Under the pieces are notes generated by a model. The model was not told the DNA's origin, searched no databases, and worked only from the letters and a program-made list of their open reading frames with translations. A DNA stretch of 64,000 nt from an uncultured Verrucomicrobiae bacterium (GTDB taxonomy: Bacteria; Verrucomicrobiota; Verrucomicrobiia; Limisphaerales; Palsa-1400). Location of the stretch: contig CAVXRD010000002.1 of assembly GCA_963764165.1 (NCBI GenBank), positions 3,392,001-3,456,000 of the forward strand. The letters are read 5' to 3'. The translations under genes and the position numbers were made by a program. Shown here piece by piece: positions 8,664-19,103 of this stretch; within the stretch, counting starts at the first letter, position 1; each line of letters starts with the position of its first letter.

Positions 8664-11121
8664 TAGAAGCGTGCCGTTGAAAAATGTGCTAGTGACAGGA
8701 GCATACGCTACACCCGAAACAAATAACGCCGAAGTGGCTGGCGATATTGAATTTGCCATGGCCATTGCGCCGGCACTGGATCGCATCACTGTATACGAGG
8801 GAGGATCCAATACACATGGCAGCAGCCTCCTAAATCGGATGGCCACGGATAATTCAGCGCGCCAACTCAGCTCATCGTGGGATTACGGCTTCAATAACAC
8901 TGATGAAAATATTCTTTTGGAATTTGCTGCGCAGGGTCAGACGTTTTTTCAAGCCTCGGGCGACCGGGGTGCTTACGATTGGTCGGACTTGCAGGAACAC
9001 GAAGGGCATCCATCCGACAGCCCCGCGTTGACCAGCGTGGGCGGAACTTCGTTGGCGACTGCCGGGCGCGGCGGCGGTTGGAAATCGGAGAAGTCTTGGG
9101 GGGAGATAGACAATGCCGACGGCAACTATTGCTCATCGGGTGGCGGCGTCAGCGATATTTACGCATTGCCTGAGTGGCAGACCGGCCTTGATCTCGGTGA
9201 AAGCGGCGGTTCGACGAACATGCGAAACTTTCCCGATGTTTCCATAATTGCCTCGGGCCTTTGGTTTGTCTGGAACAAGGGTGCAAAGGATGAGTATTTC
9301 TCCGGCACCAGCGCCGGCGCGCCGATCTGGGCGGGCATTGCCGCATTGATTAACGAACAAGCGGAACGAGTTAAGATGCCGCCCGTCGGCTTTCTAAATC
9401 CTGCCCTCTACAAGTTAGGAAAGTCCGCGATGCATAGCCCGTATTATCATGACATCGTCACCGGGAACAACACGAATCCTGATAGCCCAAATCAGTATTA
9501 CGCGGTGCCCGGTTACGATCTTTGCACAGGGTGGGGAACTCCAAAAGGCAGCAATCTCATTAACACTCTGGTCACAATGTCGTTTCCCAAACCCAGCATT
9601 AGAATTGTCGAGCCGCTGGCGGGCTTGAGCGTCGGCACAAATATCTTAAGCGTGAGCGGAACCACAAAAAGCCGGACTGCGATCGGCACCATTTTTTTCC
9701 AGCTTAACTCCAATCATTTTGGCGCGCCGTTTACCACCAACCTTTGGACAAACTGGACTACGAATGTCACGCTTCAACCTGGCACCAACACGATTCGCGC
9801 TTTCGCAATGGATTCCAGCAGCAATGTCTCAGATGAAGTTGCTCTGCAATTGCGATACGTGGATTTGCAGCCAATCGATCTCGAGATTGCTCCGCAGAAT
9901 TTTGGCGGAATCACATCCAGCTTCAACGGCACAAATCTGGAGGTGGGTCTTGCTTACACCATTCGAGCCCTTCCCGCCAAAGGGAATGTCTTTTCGAATT
10001 GGACGGGATCGATATTGTCGACGAACAATCCCCTGCATTTTGTCATGCAATCGAACATGGTGTTGCAGGCGAATTTTGCCTCGAACTACTACCTTGGAGC
10101 GCAGGGCGCTTACAGCGGTTTGTTCTGCGTCTCCAACGAAATCTCTTATGAATCCTCCGGCATGCTTAGCGGACTGAAGATTGGACCGCAGGGCTCATTC
10201 ACAGCCAGGGTTTTAACCAAAAGCGAATCATACGCAGTGGCGGGCCGATTTGATATTTCCGGAAACGCCACCAACCGCATCGCGCGAGCCGCAAGCCAAG
10301 GCGGGCCGGTCACAATGGCGCTCTCGCTCAAATGGACGACAAATCCGCCGCAGGTCACAGGCGTTATCACATGCTCCAACCAAAACTGGACGGCGAACCT
10401 GCTGGCGCTGCGGGCCGCCCAGTGGCCGGCTTCCGCCGAATTCACGATGCTGCTTGCACCGTTAACAAATGATCCCAGCGCGGTGCCGCCGGGTTATGGA
10501 TACGCTTTAATGACGAATCATCTGGGCCGTTTCACCTTAAACGGCGCGCTGGCTGACGGTTCTACGTTCAGCGAATCTGTGGCGGTCTCCCAGGAAGGGT
10601 TGCTGCCAATTTTCGCCACAGCTCATCCCTACCAAGGCTTCTTGATGGGCTGGCTTGATTTGGGCCCCAAATCGCTCCTTAGTTCAGGTCTGACCTGGAT
10701 CAAAAGCCCGTCCCACGCGACTAAATTGTACACCGACGGATTCATGACCAGCGTTGCCGCCATAATATCCGTTTGGACGAATCCGCCCGCCCACGAAGCG
10801 GCCCTGCCGATGCCGCTCAACCTCGATGTCGTCGGCGGCGATCTGACGGCCAACCTTAGCCTTGGCATTGACTTCAATGCGGAGAACTCGTTCCTCACCA
10901 ATTTCATTTCTCCCGGTTACGAAAGCAGTTCGTTGGACGGCGCCGTGAATGCCAAGACAGGACTCGTTACCTTTGCCATCACGAACAAAGGCCCTGCCAG
11001 CACCATGGGGGGCGCCGGCGCATTCTTGCAAAACACTTCCTTTGGCGGCGGCTTTTTCCTTGGGAAGACGAACGTCGGATCGTTTATCCTGTCTCCCAGC
11101 TCTCCTAATCCCTAGCGAACG

Positions 11122-11976
11122 ATGAATGGGCCGCCAAAACGCTCAATTTCGAAGGTGTCGCGCAATGCCGTCAAACTTATGCTGATTTGCGCTGCGGCTA
11201 TTTATCTCATCATCTGTGTCCTCATTACGATTTTCCAGCGCTCGCTGATGTATTATCCTTCCGTCGCAACCACGCCGCAAGTGGATCAAAGCGCACGGAG
11301 CGCCTCGCTGGATCGGTGGACGAATGCGGCGGGCCAGATCATTGGAATGAAGCGGCCGTCGCCCGCGCAGCCGGCTGCTGGCTCGGTTTTGATTTTGTAC
11401 GGCAACGGAAGCACTGCCGTCGGCTCGGGACGGTATGCAGATGACCTGCAAAGGGTATCCGCGTTCGACGTTTACATTCTTGAATATCCAGGCTACCAGG
11501 ATCGGCCCGGCCAGCCGACGCAAAGCAATCTCTTCAAGGCTGCGGACGAGGCGGTGCAGGCGCTTCCCACCAACAAACCCATCTACCTTATCGGGGAATC
11601 GCTCGGCAGCGGCGTAGCATCGTATCTGGCGGGAACCTATTCCAATAGGATTTCCGGCCTGCTCCTGATTTCGCCCTTTAACACCATGGTGGACGCAGCA
11701 CAAAGCCACTATCCTTTTCTGCCGGTGGCACTTTTGGTCGCGGATCGTTACCCATCAGAGAAGTATCTGCGGAACTACCAAGGCAAAGTGGGAATCATAC
11801 TTGACGAACGCGATGGTGTCGTTATGCCGAAGCTAACCCGCCGTTTGTTCAACAATTATGCGGGGCCTAAAAAGCTATGGGAAGTCCCCGGCGGCGGACA
11901 CTGCCAATTGCCCTACAACACGCCTGTGTTCTGGAAGGAAGTCTTCGTTTTTTGGGGCGTCACGGAAAATCATTAA
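11122..11976 (+). CDS. Alpha/beta hydrolase (ABHD13/Bem46-like)
   Basis: N-terminal TM, FQRSLMYYP, YGNG, EYPGY, GESLG, D..V, GGGH. Confidence 0.8.
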   Translation: MNGPPKRSISKVSRNAVKLMLICAAAIYLIICVLITIFQRSLMYYPSVATTPQVDQSARSASLDRWTNAAGQIIGMKRPSPAQPAAGSVLILYGNGSTAVGSGRYADDLQRVSAFDVYILEYPGYQDRPGQPTQSNLFKAADEAVQALPTNKPIYLIGESLGSGVASYLAGTYSNRISGLLLISPFNTMVDAAQSHYPFLPVALLVADRYPSEKYLRNYQGKVGIILDERDGVVMPKLTRRLFNNYAGPKKLWEVPGGGHCQLPYNTPVFWKEVFVFWGVTENH

Positions 11977-11983
11977 GGCGTGA

Positions 11984-12429
11984 CTATCCAGTCTGCAATG
12001 GCTTGACCTCGTGACGTTCAAGTTCCATCACCTTGCCATTTAGCCGCTCGAATACCGCCCTCGCCTTCTGGCAATCCTCGTCCGCTCCCTTTACCATGAC
12101 CTGTCCAAGATGATCATTGAAGAACACGGAGCCCGCCGCAATGGAGGCCCCGCGACGGGCCAAGTATTCGCGCAACGCGGCTTGAACGACGCTTGCTGAG
12201 TTAAAATGAGAGGACGTATTTTTTCCCCTAGCTTCTTCGATTCTCTCTTCGAGGCGCGTCCCTCTCTACAGCTTGTTCCCAAAGGCCTTCGCATTCACCC
12301 GCCATACGTAATAATGAACTTCGAGCTTACTGGCTGCCGTCGCTCGATTTGTCGATCGGAGCCGGAAATGCACCCTGGCAGAGCCAACGCCAACGTTATC
12401 ACCACCACAAATCTGGTTTGCATTCGCAT
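11984..12429 (-). pseudogene. Degraded lipoprotein gene with secretin-N-like repeat
   Basis: RBS GAGGTG, lipobox LALPGC, frameshift near 12300, in-frame TAG at 12268-66, then VQAALREYL...SVFFNDHLGQVMVKG. Confidence 0.4.
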
Positions 12430-12452
12430 CACCTCAACTGAATCGTTGCGTT

Positions 12453-13568
12453 TTAGTCCACAGGCTTGCCACTGAACAAGCCTTCGCTGGTCAATGTTTG
12501 CGGCCCATCCGCATTGCACAAGGCGAATTTTCCCGGATAGAGCGCGACTCCTGCATACTCGCCCTTTGCGTTGAGGATATAGAAATTCACGTTGAAATTC
12601 GGCTGCCCGCGGCTGTTCCGCAGGCGCTTTTCAACTGTGTTGGCTGCGATGCGTTTGAGCGCCAGCATTCCCGCGTCTTTTGGCGGCATCCCCTGCCGCA
12701 TCGATTCGACGATCAAGAACGACGACAATCCGAACAGATTCGCCTCGCCGCGCCCGGTCGAACCGGCCGCGCCCACCGTGCCATCGACATAAAGCCCGGC
12801 GCCGAGAATCGGCGAGTCCCCCACTCTGCCGGGAATTTTGAAGGCGAGGCCGCTCGTGGTTGTCACGCCGCAGATTTCTCCCTTGGCGTTGACGCCGTTG
12901 CAATTGATCGTGCCGAAGATGTGCTCGTGATCGAGCAACCCTTCGAGCGCCATCCTTTGCTGCACGCGAAGGCCCGCTTCCGAGCGGGTTTTGGGATCGG
13001 GATAATGCTCGGGATCCGTCCGGCGCTTCCATTCCAGCCAAAGCTCGCGGGACTTGTCGGTGTTCAAATCCTTCTCGATTTTGAAGCCCATGTTGCGCGC
13101 AAACGTCTGCGCCCCTTTGCCGACGAGCAGGTGATTATCCGTTTCCATCATCACTTTTTTGGCGACGAGGGCCGGCGTGCGAACGCCCTCAAGACAAGCC
13201 ACGCCACCGGCGCGTTTCGTTGGCCCGTGCATGACGCAGGCGTCCAGTTGCACCACGCCATCGGCATTCGGCAATCCGCCGTAACCAACGCTGTTGTCCT
13301 CGGGATCCAACTCCACGATCGTCACCCCCGCAATGACGGCGTCGAGCACATCGGCGCCCTCGGTGATCATCTTGTACGCGCGCGCGACGCACGTCATGCC
13401 ATCGGTGTCCTTGGATCGATTTCCATTGGAGGCGGCGATGACCAGCGGCTTGATCGCGCCCGGGATCAAAACCTGCGGCGCATCAGAAAAAGCCTTCAAC
13501 GAACTGGAAGCCAGCGCGCCAAGGCCCGCCGTGGCCACAAATTTTCTGCGAGAGAGTTTTTTCTTCAT
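12453..13568 (-). CDS. Tat-exported N(4)-(beta-N-acetylglucosaminyl)-L-asparaginase-like Ntn hydrolase
   Basis: SRRKF Tat motif; SVGYGGLPN..G.VQLDA, GTI nucleophile, TTTSG..FK.PGRVGDSP..GAG, STGRGE. Confidence 0.9.
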   Translation of the reverse strand: MKKKLSRRKFVATAGLGALASSSLKAFSDAPQVLIPGAIKPLVIAASNGNRSKDTDGMTCVARAYKMITEGADVLDAVIAGVTIVELDPEDNSVGYGGLPNADGVVQLDACVMHGPTKRAGGVACLEGVRTPALVAKKVMMETDNHLLVGKGAQTFARNMGFKIEKDLNTDKSRELWLEWKRRTDPEHYPDPKTRSEAGLRVQQRMALEGLLDHEHIFGTINCNGVNAKGEICGVTTTSGLAFKIPGRVGDSPILGAGLYVDGTVGAAGSTGRGEANLFGLSSFLIVESMRQGMPPKDAGMLALKRIAANTVEKRLRNSRGQPNFNVNFYILNAKGEYAGVALYPGKFALCNADGPQTLTSEGLFSGKPVD

Positions 13569-13681
13569 GCGGTTTTCCGCAAAATTTAATAGCGGACTTC
13601 GCCCTCCGACAAGCCGAAAGAACGCAGCGGGACCAGCGGCGGTGTGGTTAGAAGTGGGTGCGCGACACCGTGCCTGCGTCT

Positions 13682-13776
13682 GAGCGCGGAGGCGGCGAAG
13701 ACCAGCCGCGGCGCTTGCGCTGCCAAGCGCGCCGGTCAATGTCACGTTGCTGCGGCTGGTCTTCGACACCGCGCTC
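13682..13776. repeat. Inverted-repeat element, family D
   Basis: GAGCGCGG..CGAAGACCAGCCGCGGC ... GCTGCGGCTGGTCTTCG..CCGCGCTC. Confidence 0.6.
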
Positions 13777-13892
13777 CGCCCAAAAGTCCGCGCCTCTCAG
13801 CTGCTTTCAATGACGGCTTGTCGCGCAAAATTCACAATCTCGGGGTTGCATTTGACTGGGAGCCGCATTAAAACATGGCAAAATAAATTCTT

Positions 13893-14294
13893 ATGCAAAT
13901 AAACGCCTACCTTAATTTTGATGGAAATTGCGCGGACGCCTTCAAATTTTACGAAAAGTGCCTCGTTGGAAAAATCGTCTTTACGATGACCTATAAAGAT
14001 TCGCCGATGGCCGCCCAGATGCCGCCGGAAATGGGCTCCAAGATTCTCCACGCCACGCTGGAAGTCGCGGGCGGCAATTTGATGGGGGCCGATTGCCCTC
14101 CTGGCCGATATGAAAAGCCACAAGGCCTCTGGGTTTCCATTGGTTTGGCCGATGCCGTCAAGGGCGAATCCCTTTACAAGGAGCTGGCGGAAGGCGGGAC
14201 GGTTGTCATGCCGTTCCAAAAAACATTCTGGGCCGCCGGTTTCGGAATGGCCATTGACCGCTTCGGAATTCCGTGGATGGTCAATTGCCAATAA
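13893..14294 (+). CDS. VOC-family PhnB/YjdN-like protein
   Basis: YLNFDGNC.DAFKFY, ILHATL, LMGAD, MPFQKTFWA..FGM..DRFGIPWMVN. Confidence 0.9.
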   Translation: MQINAYLNFDGNCADAFKFYEKCLVGKIVFTMTYKDSPMAAQMPPEMGSKILHATLEVAGGNLMGADCPPGRYEKPQGLWVSIGLADAVKGESLYKELAEGGTVVMPFQKTFWAAGFGMAIDRFGIPWMVNCQ

Positions 14295-14303
14295 TTCCGG
14301 TTC

Positions 14304-14371
14304 GGCAGGGCGAGGCCCCTGCCGAGCCATCTTCGGACAGGGGAACGGCTCGTCGGGAGCCTCGCCCTACC
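14304..14371. repeat. REP dyad, family A
   Basis: GGCAGGGCGAGGCCCCTGCCGAGCC ... GGCTCGTCGGGAGCCTCGCCCTACC. Confidence 0.8.
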
Positions 14372-14401
14372 AAGCCATAAGAATTGCCGGGGCTCCGTGG
14401 C

Positions 14402-15781
14402 CTAATTATTCCCCTGCGCGGTGGCTAATTCGCGGCGCGAGAATAGAATAATCCCCGCCAGGCAAAAAAAGCCGCCCAAAATGACGATGATTTGCAGCGC
14501 GGCGCGGCCTAATTGGCTCCACGTAATGCTTCGGCCGGAACTGAGGGACTCGATTGGCGAAAAATCCTGCACCATCCGCAGGATTTTAAGAACCCCCTGA
14601 AATATCGGCACCGCTGCGTAGTCAACAATCGAGTGCCCATAGGCGCTCTTGCTCGAGTCGAAACCAACAATGGTGCCCTGCTCCACCACCGTCGCCACCG
14701 TCCCGCTGGATAGCCCGATGAACAGCACCGCCAGCGACACAAAGGCCGCCACCGGGAAAGAAAGAAAACTCGCCGCCGCCAGGCCGATCGACGCCAGCAG
14801 CGCGAGCCAGCAAAAAATGATGCACAGCCCGCGGATGAAATTGATGCCGAAACCGCTTTCGGGATAGAGCAGTTCCATTCCATCTTCGAGCGGGAAGATC
14901 AAGTCCGTCTCGTTCGGATTCCCCATTTCGATCCAGAGGCGCCCCTTATCGTCAAGCATATTCTCCGGCAGGGTGAATTCCTGGAACGAATCCGGCGGAA
15001 ACGTCTCCGCCAGTTCCATCTGGCGCGGCGAACCGGGTGGGCCGACGCGCCAAAGGGTGGTGTATTGAGTTTCGGGATTCATGTCGCCGGTGTGGAATTT
15101 GATCCGCAACTGCAGTTTCTTGCCCTTGACTTTATCTTGAATGCGGTGAAGATCGACGCCCCAGCGCTTTACCATTCGCGACCCCAGCACCGTATAGTTT
15201 GTCTCGAGGCGCGCGGTGATTTGTCTTCGAACTTCGCTCAGATCGAAATCGCTCATTGCCGAAGTATCCTTGATGTTCTTCTTGATGATCGCGTCGACGT
15301 CCTTGCTGAAGTCCGGTTTGGGTTCCTTGGCGGAAGCGCGGGAGACAAAAATGTCCTCACGCAGATATTTTTGCTGCTCAGGGGAAAGCTGGCTGGCGCG
15401 GAATTGCAAAATGCCGTAAATCGCAATCCCCGCCAAAGCGAGCAAAACCGCGTCCAGCGACAGGAGGCCGAGCCATTTTCCCATCCAGATTTGCCAGCGG
15501 GCGATGGGTTTGACGACGACCATTTGGATCTGGCATTCCTCGACGTCGCGGGCGAGCGTGCCGCAGGAGAGCCACAAGGTTGCAAATCCAAGCAGGGTGG
15601 CGGTCGCGCTGAGTGTGTAAGTCAGAAGAATCTGCACCATGCCCTGCGCCGTGCCGTCATCCTTCAGCAGAAGCGGCAATCCCAGAACGGCCCCGGCCAG
15701 AAGCGCGCAAAGAATCCAAAAAAGCTTGTAGCGAAAGGCGGCCTTCCAAGTCAGGCCGGCAATGGTCGCAATCTTGTTCAT
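14402..15781 (-). CDS. ABC-2-type permease with large extracytoplasmic domain
   Basis: IAGLTWK.A.R, VVKPIARWQI..GKWLG, C-terminal FSRRELA; about 6 TM plus soluble insert. Confidence 0.8.
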   Translation of the reverse strand: MNKIATIAGLTWKAAFRYKLFWILCALLAGAVLGLPLLLKDDGTAQGMVQILLTYTLSATATLLGFATLWLSCGTLARDVEECQIQMVVVKPIARWQIWMGKWLGLLSLDAVLLALAGIAIYGILQFRASQLSPEQQKYLREDIFVSRASAKEPKPDFSKDVDAIIKKNIKDTSAMSDFDLSEVRRQITARLETNYTVLGSRMVKRWGVDLHRIQDKVKGKKLQLRIKFHTGDMNPETQYTTLWRVGPPGSPRQMELAETFPPDSFQEFTLPENMLDDKGRLWIEMGNPNETDLIFPLEDGMELLYPESGFGINFIRGLCIIFCWLALLASIGLAAASFLSFPVAAFVSLAVLFIGLSSGTVATVVEQGTIVGFDSSKSAYGHSIVDYAAVPIFQGVLKILRMVQDFSPIESLSSGRSITWSQLGRAALQIIVILGGFFCLAGIILFSRRELATAQGNN

Positions 15782-17013
15782 TTACTGCCCGGCTTGCCCA
15801 AGAGGGAGGAAAGTTTTTCGTTCGCCTTGCTCAATTCCGCCGGCGTGGGCGCGGGAGCGGGTGCGTCTTCGGCGGGCGCGGGCGGCGGAGCAGCAGGCGC
15901 GGGCACGGGCGCCGACGCTTTGGAAAGCGAGGCGAGTTTTCCTTCGTTAATCTTCGGCGCGGGCGCGGCGGCAACGGGAGCTGGCTCTTCCGGTTTCGGG
16001 GCGCTGACAGTCAATCGCTCCAGCAATTGGTCGCCCTTGGCCCCGGCTTCAGCGTCACCGCGCAGATAAGCAGCCACACGGCTGCCCGAAGTTGCGCCGG
16101 AAGTTTCCGACATCGTTTCCTTGGCTTTTCGGACGACATCGAGAAAATAGCTTTCGAGATTTTGCGTCGGATTATCGATTTGCACCTTGTCGGCTTCAAC
16201 GTCCTTGCGGATCAAATTCAGGATCGTCTGCATGTGATCGCGCGGTATCGCTGGCATTGTGATGCGGACGGAATCGGGCTTGGCCAGCAGTTCGCGCAAA
16301 GGCCCTTGCGCGTGAATGCGTCCGCCGTAATAAATCACCACGCGGTCACAGACATCCTCAACATCGGCGAGCAAATGGCTGCTGAGAATGACCGTCTTGC
16401 CGCGGCGGGCGAGGGCGAGAATCAAATCCTTCACTTCGCGGCAGCCAATCGGATCAAGGCCGGCCGTCGGTTCATCCAAAATGACCAAATCGGGATCGTT
16501 GATGAGCGCCTGGGCCAGGCCGATGCGCCGCTGCATGCCCTTGGAAAATTCCCCGACCACGCGCGTGCGAACCTGGCTCAAGCCCACCATTTCCAGCAGT
16601 TGCTCGTTGCGCTCCTTGCGTTTGTCAGCGGGCAGGTCGAACAAGTTGCCGAAAAAATCGAGCGTCTCGTGCGAATCAAGAAAACGATAGAGATAAGACT
16701 CTTCCGGAAGATAACCGATGTGCGCCTTGCTGGGAACGTGCCGGGGCGAATGGCCAAAAACCTCGATGTGGCCGCGCGTCGGCCGCAGCAGGCCGAGCAG
16801 CATTTTCACGGTGGTCGATTTGCCGGAGCCGTTCGGCCCCAGCAACCCAAAGACCTCACCCTTCTTGACTTCGAAATCAACGTTGTCGACTGCCTTGGCC
16901 TTGGGACGGCCCCAGAAATCCGTGTAGATTTTGGTCAGGCCGCGAACGGAAATGACCGTCTGGCCGGATTTGCCGCTGGGCGGCGCTGTCAAAGAGTCAA
17001 CGACAGCGCTCAT
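15778..17013 (-). CDS. ABC transporter ATP-binding protein with Pro/Ala-rich C-tail
   Basis: GPNGSGKST, FSKGMQRR, ILDEPT, SSH. Confidence 0.95.
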   Translation of the reverse strand: MSAVVDSLTAPPSGKSGQTVISVRGLTKIYTDFWGRPKAKAVDNVDFEVKKGEVFGLLGPNGSGKSTTVKMLLGLLRPTRGHIEVFGHSPRHVPSKAHIGYLPEESYLYRFLDSHETLDFFGNLFDLPADKRKERNEQLLEMVGLSQVRTRVVGEFSKGMQRRIGLAQALINDPDLVILDEPTAGLDPIGCREVKDLILALARRGKTVILSSHLLADVEDVCDRVVIYYGGRIHAQGPLRELLAKPDSVRITMPAIPRDHMQTILNLIRKDVEADKVQIDNPTQNLESYFLDVVRKAKETMSETSGATSGSRVAAYLRGDAEAGAKGDQLLERLTVSAPKPEEPAPVAAAPAPKINEGKLASLSKASAPVPAPAAPPPAPAEDAPAPAPTPAELSKANEKLSSLLGKPGSK

Positions 17014-19100
17014 GCGGCGGCAGCGGCGGGCCGCAGGGCGGCTTTCGGCGCGTTAGAGGGCGTGGGCGGCGCGGGCGGAGCCGGCAGCGCAGGCGCGAGA
17101 TGCGGCTCCAATTCCTCACCCTGGCGGACGAGGCGGGCGCTGTTGAAAACCACCAGCAGCGAACCCACCACGTGCAAAACAGCGGCGATAATAGGGTCGA
17201 TGATCTTGAGCGCAGCCATAATCAGACCGCCAATCACGAACATAATGCCGATTAGGAAATTCTGATTGATGACAGAACGGGTCTGGCGCGAAAGGCGCAC
17301 CAGGAACGGGAGCCGGCGCAGATCGTTGTTCATCAGCGCAATGGTCGCGCTATGAACCGCGACCTCGCTGCCCGCCGCGCCCATCGCGATGCCCAGATCG
17401 CCTGCGGCCAGCGCCGGAGCGTCGTTGACACCATCGCCGACAACGGCGACGCGGTAGCCTTTGGCCTTCATCGCACGGACAAATTCCACTTTGTTCTGCG
17501 GCAAGCATTCGCCGAGAACTTCCGGGCAGCCGATTTCCTTGGCCACGCGCGATGCCACCGGCTGGCGGTCGCCGGAGACCATCGCAATCCGGCGGACGCC
17601 CGTCGTTTTCAAATCCGCCAGCGCTTCGCGGGCTTCAGCGCGGGTTTGGTCTTCCAACCCGACCCAGCCAATGCACTGATTATTGCGCGCGACGAAAATC
17701 AGACTGAAACCTTCCGTCTCATTCAAATCGACAGACTTGAGGAAATCATCACGGACGCCGTGGTCTTTGAGCCATTGGGCGCGTCCTACAAAAACCAGCG
17801 CGCCATCGATGCTGGCGGCCACGCCGCGCCCGGCGGTTTCCGCGAAATCCTTCGGTTCAGCCAGCGTAACGCCCGCTTCGCCGGCCAATTGGGCCAGAGC
17901 CTTGGCGGTCGGATGGTTGCTGTATTTCTCGGCGGAAGCCGCGATGCGGAGCAAGTCCGCCGGGGCCGTCCCGCCCAGCGGAGCGAGGCGGCTGACGGCC
18001 AGCTTGCCGGTCGTCAACGTGCCGGTTTTGTCAAATACAAAAGCATTGATGCGGGCGGCGAGTTCAATATCGCCCACGTTTTTGATGAGGATGCCAAGGC
18101 GGGCGGCGGCGGAAAGCGCCGCGACCATTGCGCTGGGCGTGGCCAGAATGAAGGCGCATGGGCAGCTCACGATGAAGACCGCAATCACGCGGCTCAGATC
18201 GTTGGTAAACGCCCAAACCAAAGCGCCGATCACCAGCACGAGCGGCGTATAGAAGCCCATGTATTGATCGATGATGCGCATGATCGGCAGGCGCGTTCTT
18301 TCCGCGGCAAGGATCAAATCGCGCACTTTTCCGAGCGTCGTGTCTTCGCCGGCGCGGGTGACTTTGATTTCGAGCACGCCGGTCAAATTCTGTGTGCCCG
18401 CAAAAACTTCGTCTCCGATTTTCTTGTCCACGGGCAAAGATTCACCGGTGATGTTGGCCTGGTTCAATGAACCCTGGCCGCTGACAATCGTGCCATCAGC
18501 CGCAACGTTATCGCCGGGGCGGACACGGATGACATCGCCCACTGAGAGCAGGCGAGTCTCCACTTCCTCTTCCGTGGCGCCCTTCACCCGGCGGGCTTTG
18601 GGTGGCGTCAATTTGATGAGCGATTCAATCGAAGCGCGCGCGCCTTCTGCCGTGCGTGTTTCAATAATCTGCCCGAGAAGCATGAAGAAAGCGATCAAGC
18701 CCGCTTCCTGAAATCCATTCACTTGGCGGACAAAGGTGCTGCCACCGAAATCGGAGGCCGCCGCGCCAAACGCCGCCAAAACCGCCAGCGAAACCAGTTC
18801 GTTTGTCGTCAGCAATCCCTTGCGCAAATCCTCCACCGAAGCCCAAATAATGGGCGCGCCCAAAATGATGGCGCCGAACATCGCGCTGGCCGCCGCAATG
18901 GGATTGCCAGCGTCCAGAATCCAGTTCATCACAAACGAATTCAAAACCAAAACGACGCCCACCAGCGTCCACGCCATGGAAAGCGCGACGTGCGAATGGT
19001 CGTGGCCGTCGTGGCCGTGATCGTGGTGATGGTCGTGGCCGCAACCACACGCGTCATCGAGCGCATCGTTTTCGCGGCTTAATAGTGAGGTCACTCGCAT
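17010..19100 (-). CDS. P1B-type heavy-metal translocating ATPase with His/Cys-rich N-terminus
   Basis: CGCGHDHHHDHGHDGHDHSH, TGES, SCPC, DKTGT, HP, GDGVND. Confidence 0.93.
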   Translation of the reverse strand: MRVTSLLSRENDALDDACGCGHDHHHDHGHDGHDHSHVALSMAWTLVGVVLVLNSFVMNWILDAGNPIAAASAMFGAIILGAPIIWASVEDLRKGLLTTNELVSLAVLAAFGAAASDFGGSTFVRQVNGFQEAGLIAFFMLLGQIIETRTAEGARASIESLIKLTPPKARRVKGATEEEVETRLLSVGDVIRVRPGDNVAADGTIVSGQGSLNQANITGESLPVDKKIGDEVFAGTQNLTGVLEIKVTRAGEDTTLGKVRDLILAAERTRLPIMRIIDQYMGFYTPLVLVIGALVWAFTNDLSRVIAVFIVSCPCAFILATPSAMVAALSAAARLGILIKNVGDIELAARINAFVFDKTGTLTTGKLAVSRLAPLGGTAPADLLRIAASAEKYSNHPTAKALAQLAGEAGVTLAEPKDFAETAGRGVAASIDGALVFVGRAQWLKDHGVRDDFLKSVDLNETEGFSLIFVARNNQCIGWVGLEDQTRAEAREALADLKTTGVRRIAMVSGDRQPVASRVAKEIGCPEVLGECLPQNKVEFVRAMKAKGYRVAVVGDGVNDAPALAAGDLGIAMGAAGSEVAVHSATIALMNNDLRRLPFLVRLSRQTRSVINQNFLIGIMFVIGGLIMAALKIIDPIIAAVLHVVGSLLVVFNSARLVRQGEELEPHLAPALPAPPAPPTPSNAPKAALRPAAAAA

Positions 19101-19103
19101 AGG

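Larger units (their letters stand above)
6788..11115 (+). pseudogene. S53 (sedolisin/kumamolisin) protease with pro-domain and Ig-like C-terminal domains, interrupted by IS630
   Basis: 5' part: signal peptide and pro-kumamolisin domain (YRHYL..EF..QFGP). 3' part: EVAGD, ASGDRG, GTSAGAP, GYDLCTGWGTP. Removing 7563-8665 rejoins ..SNH-I-RSVPLKN.. in frame (1074 aa). Confidence 0.9.

Noticed and set aside
7981..11115. 1044-aa ORF as a real gene
   Set aside because: Its first ~228 aa are an alternative frame of the IS630; the true gene begins at 6788
15613..17265. 550-aa plus-strand ORF and similar ones (25800-27227, 37654-38979, 58283-59566, 62351-63712)
   Set aside because: Antisense to well-supported genes
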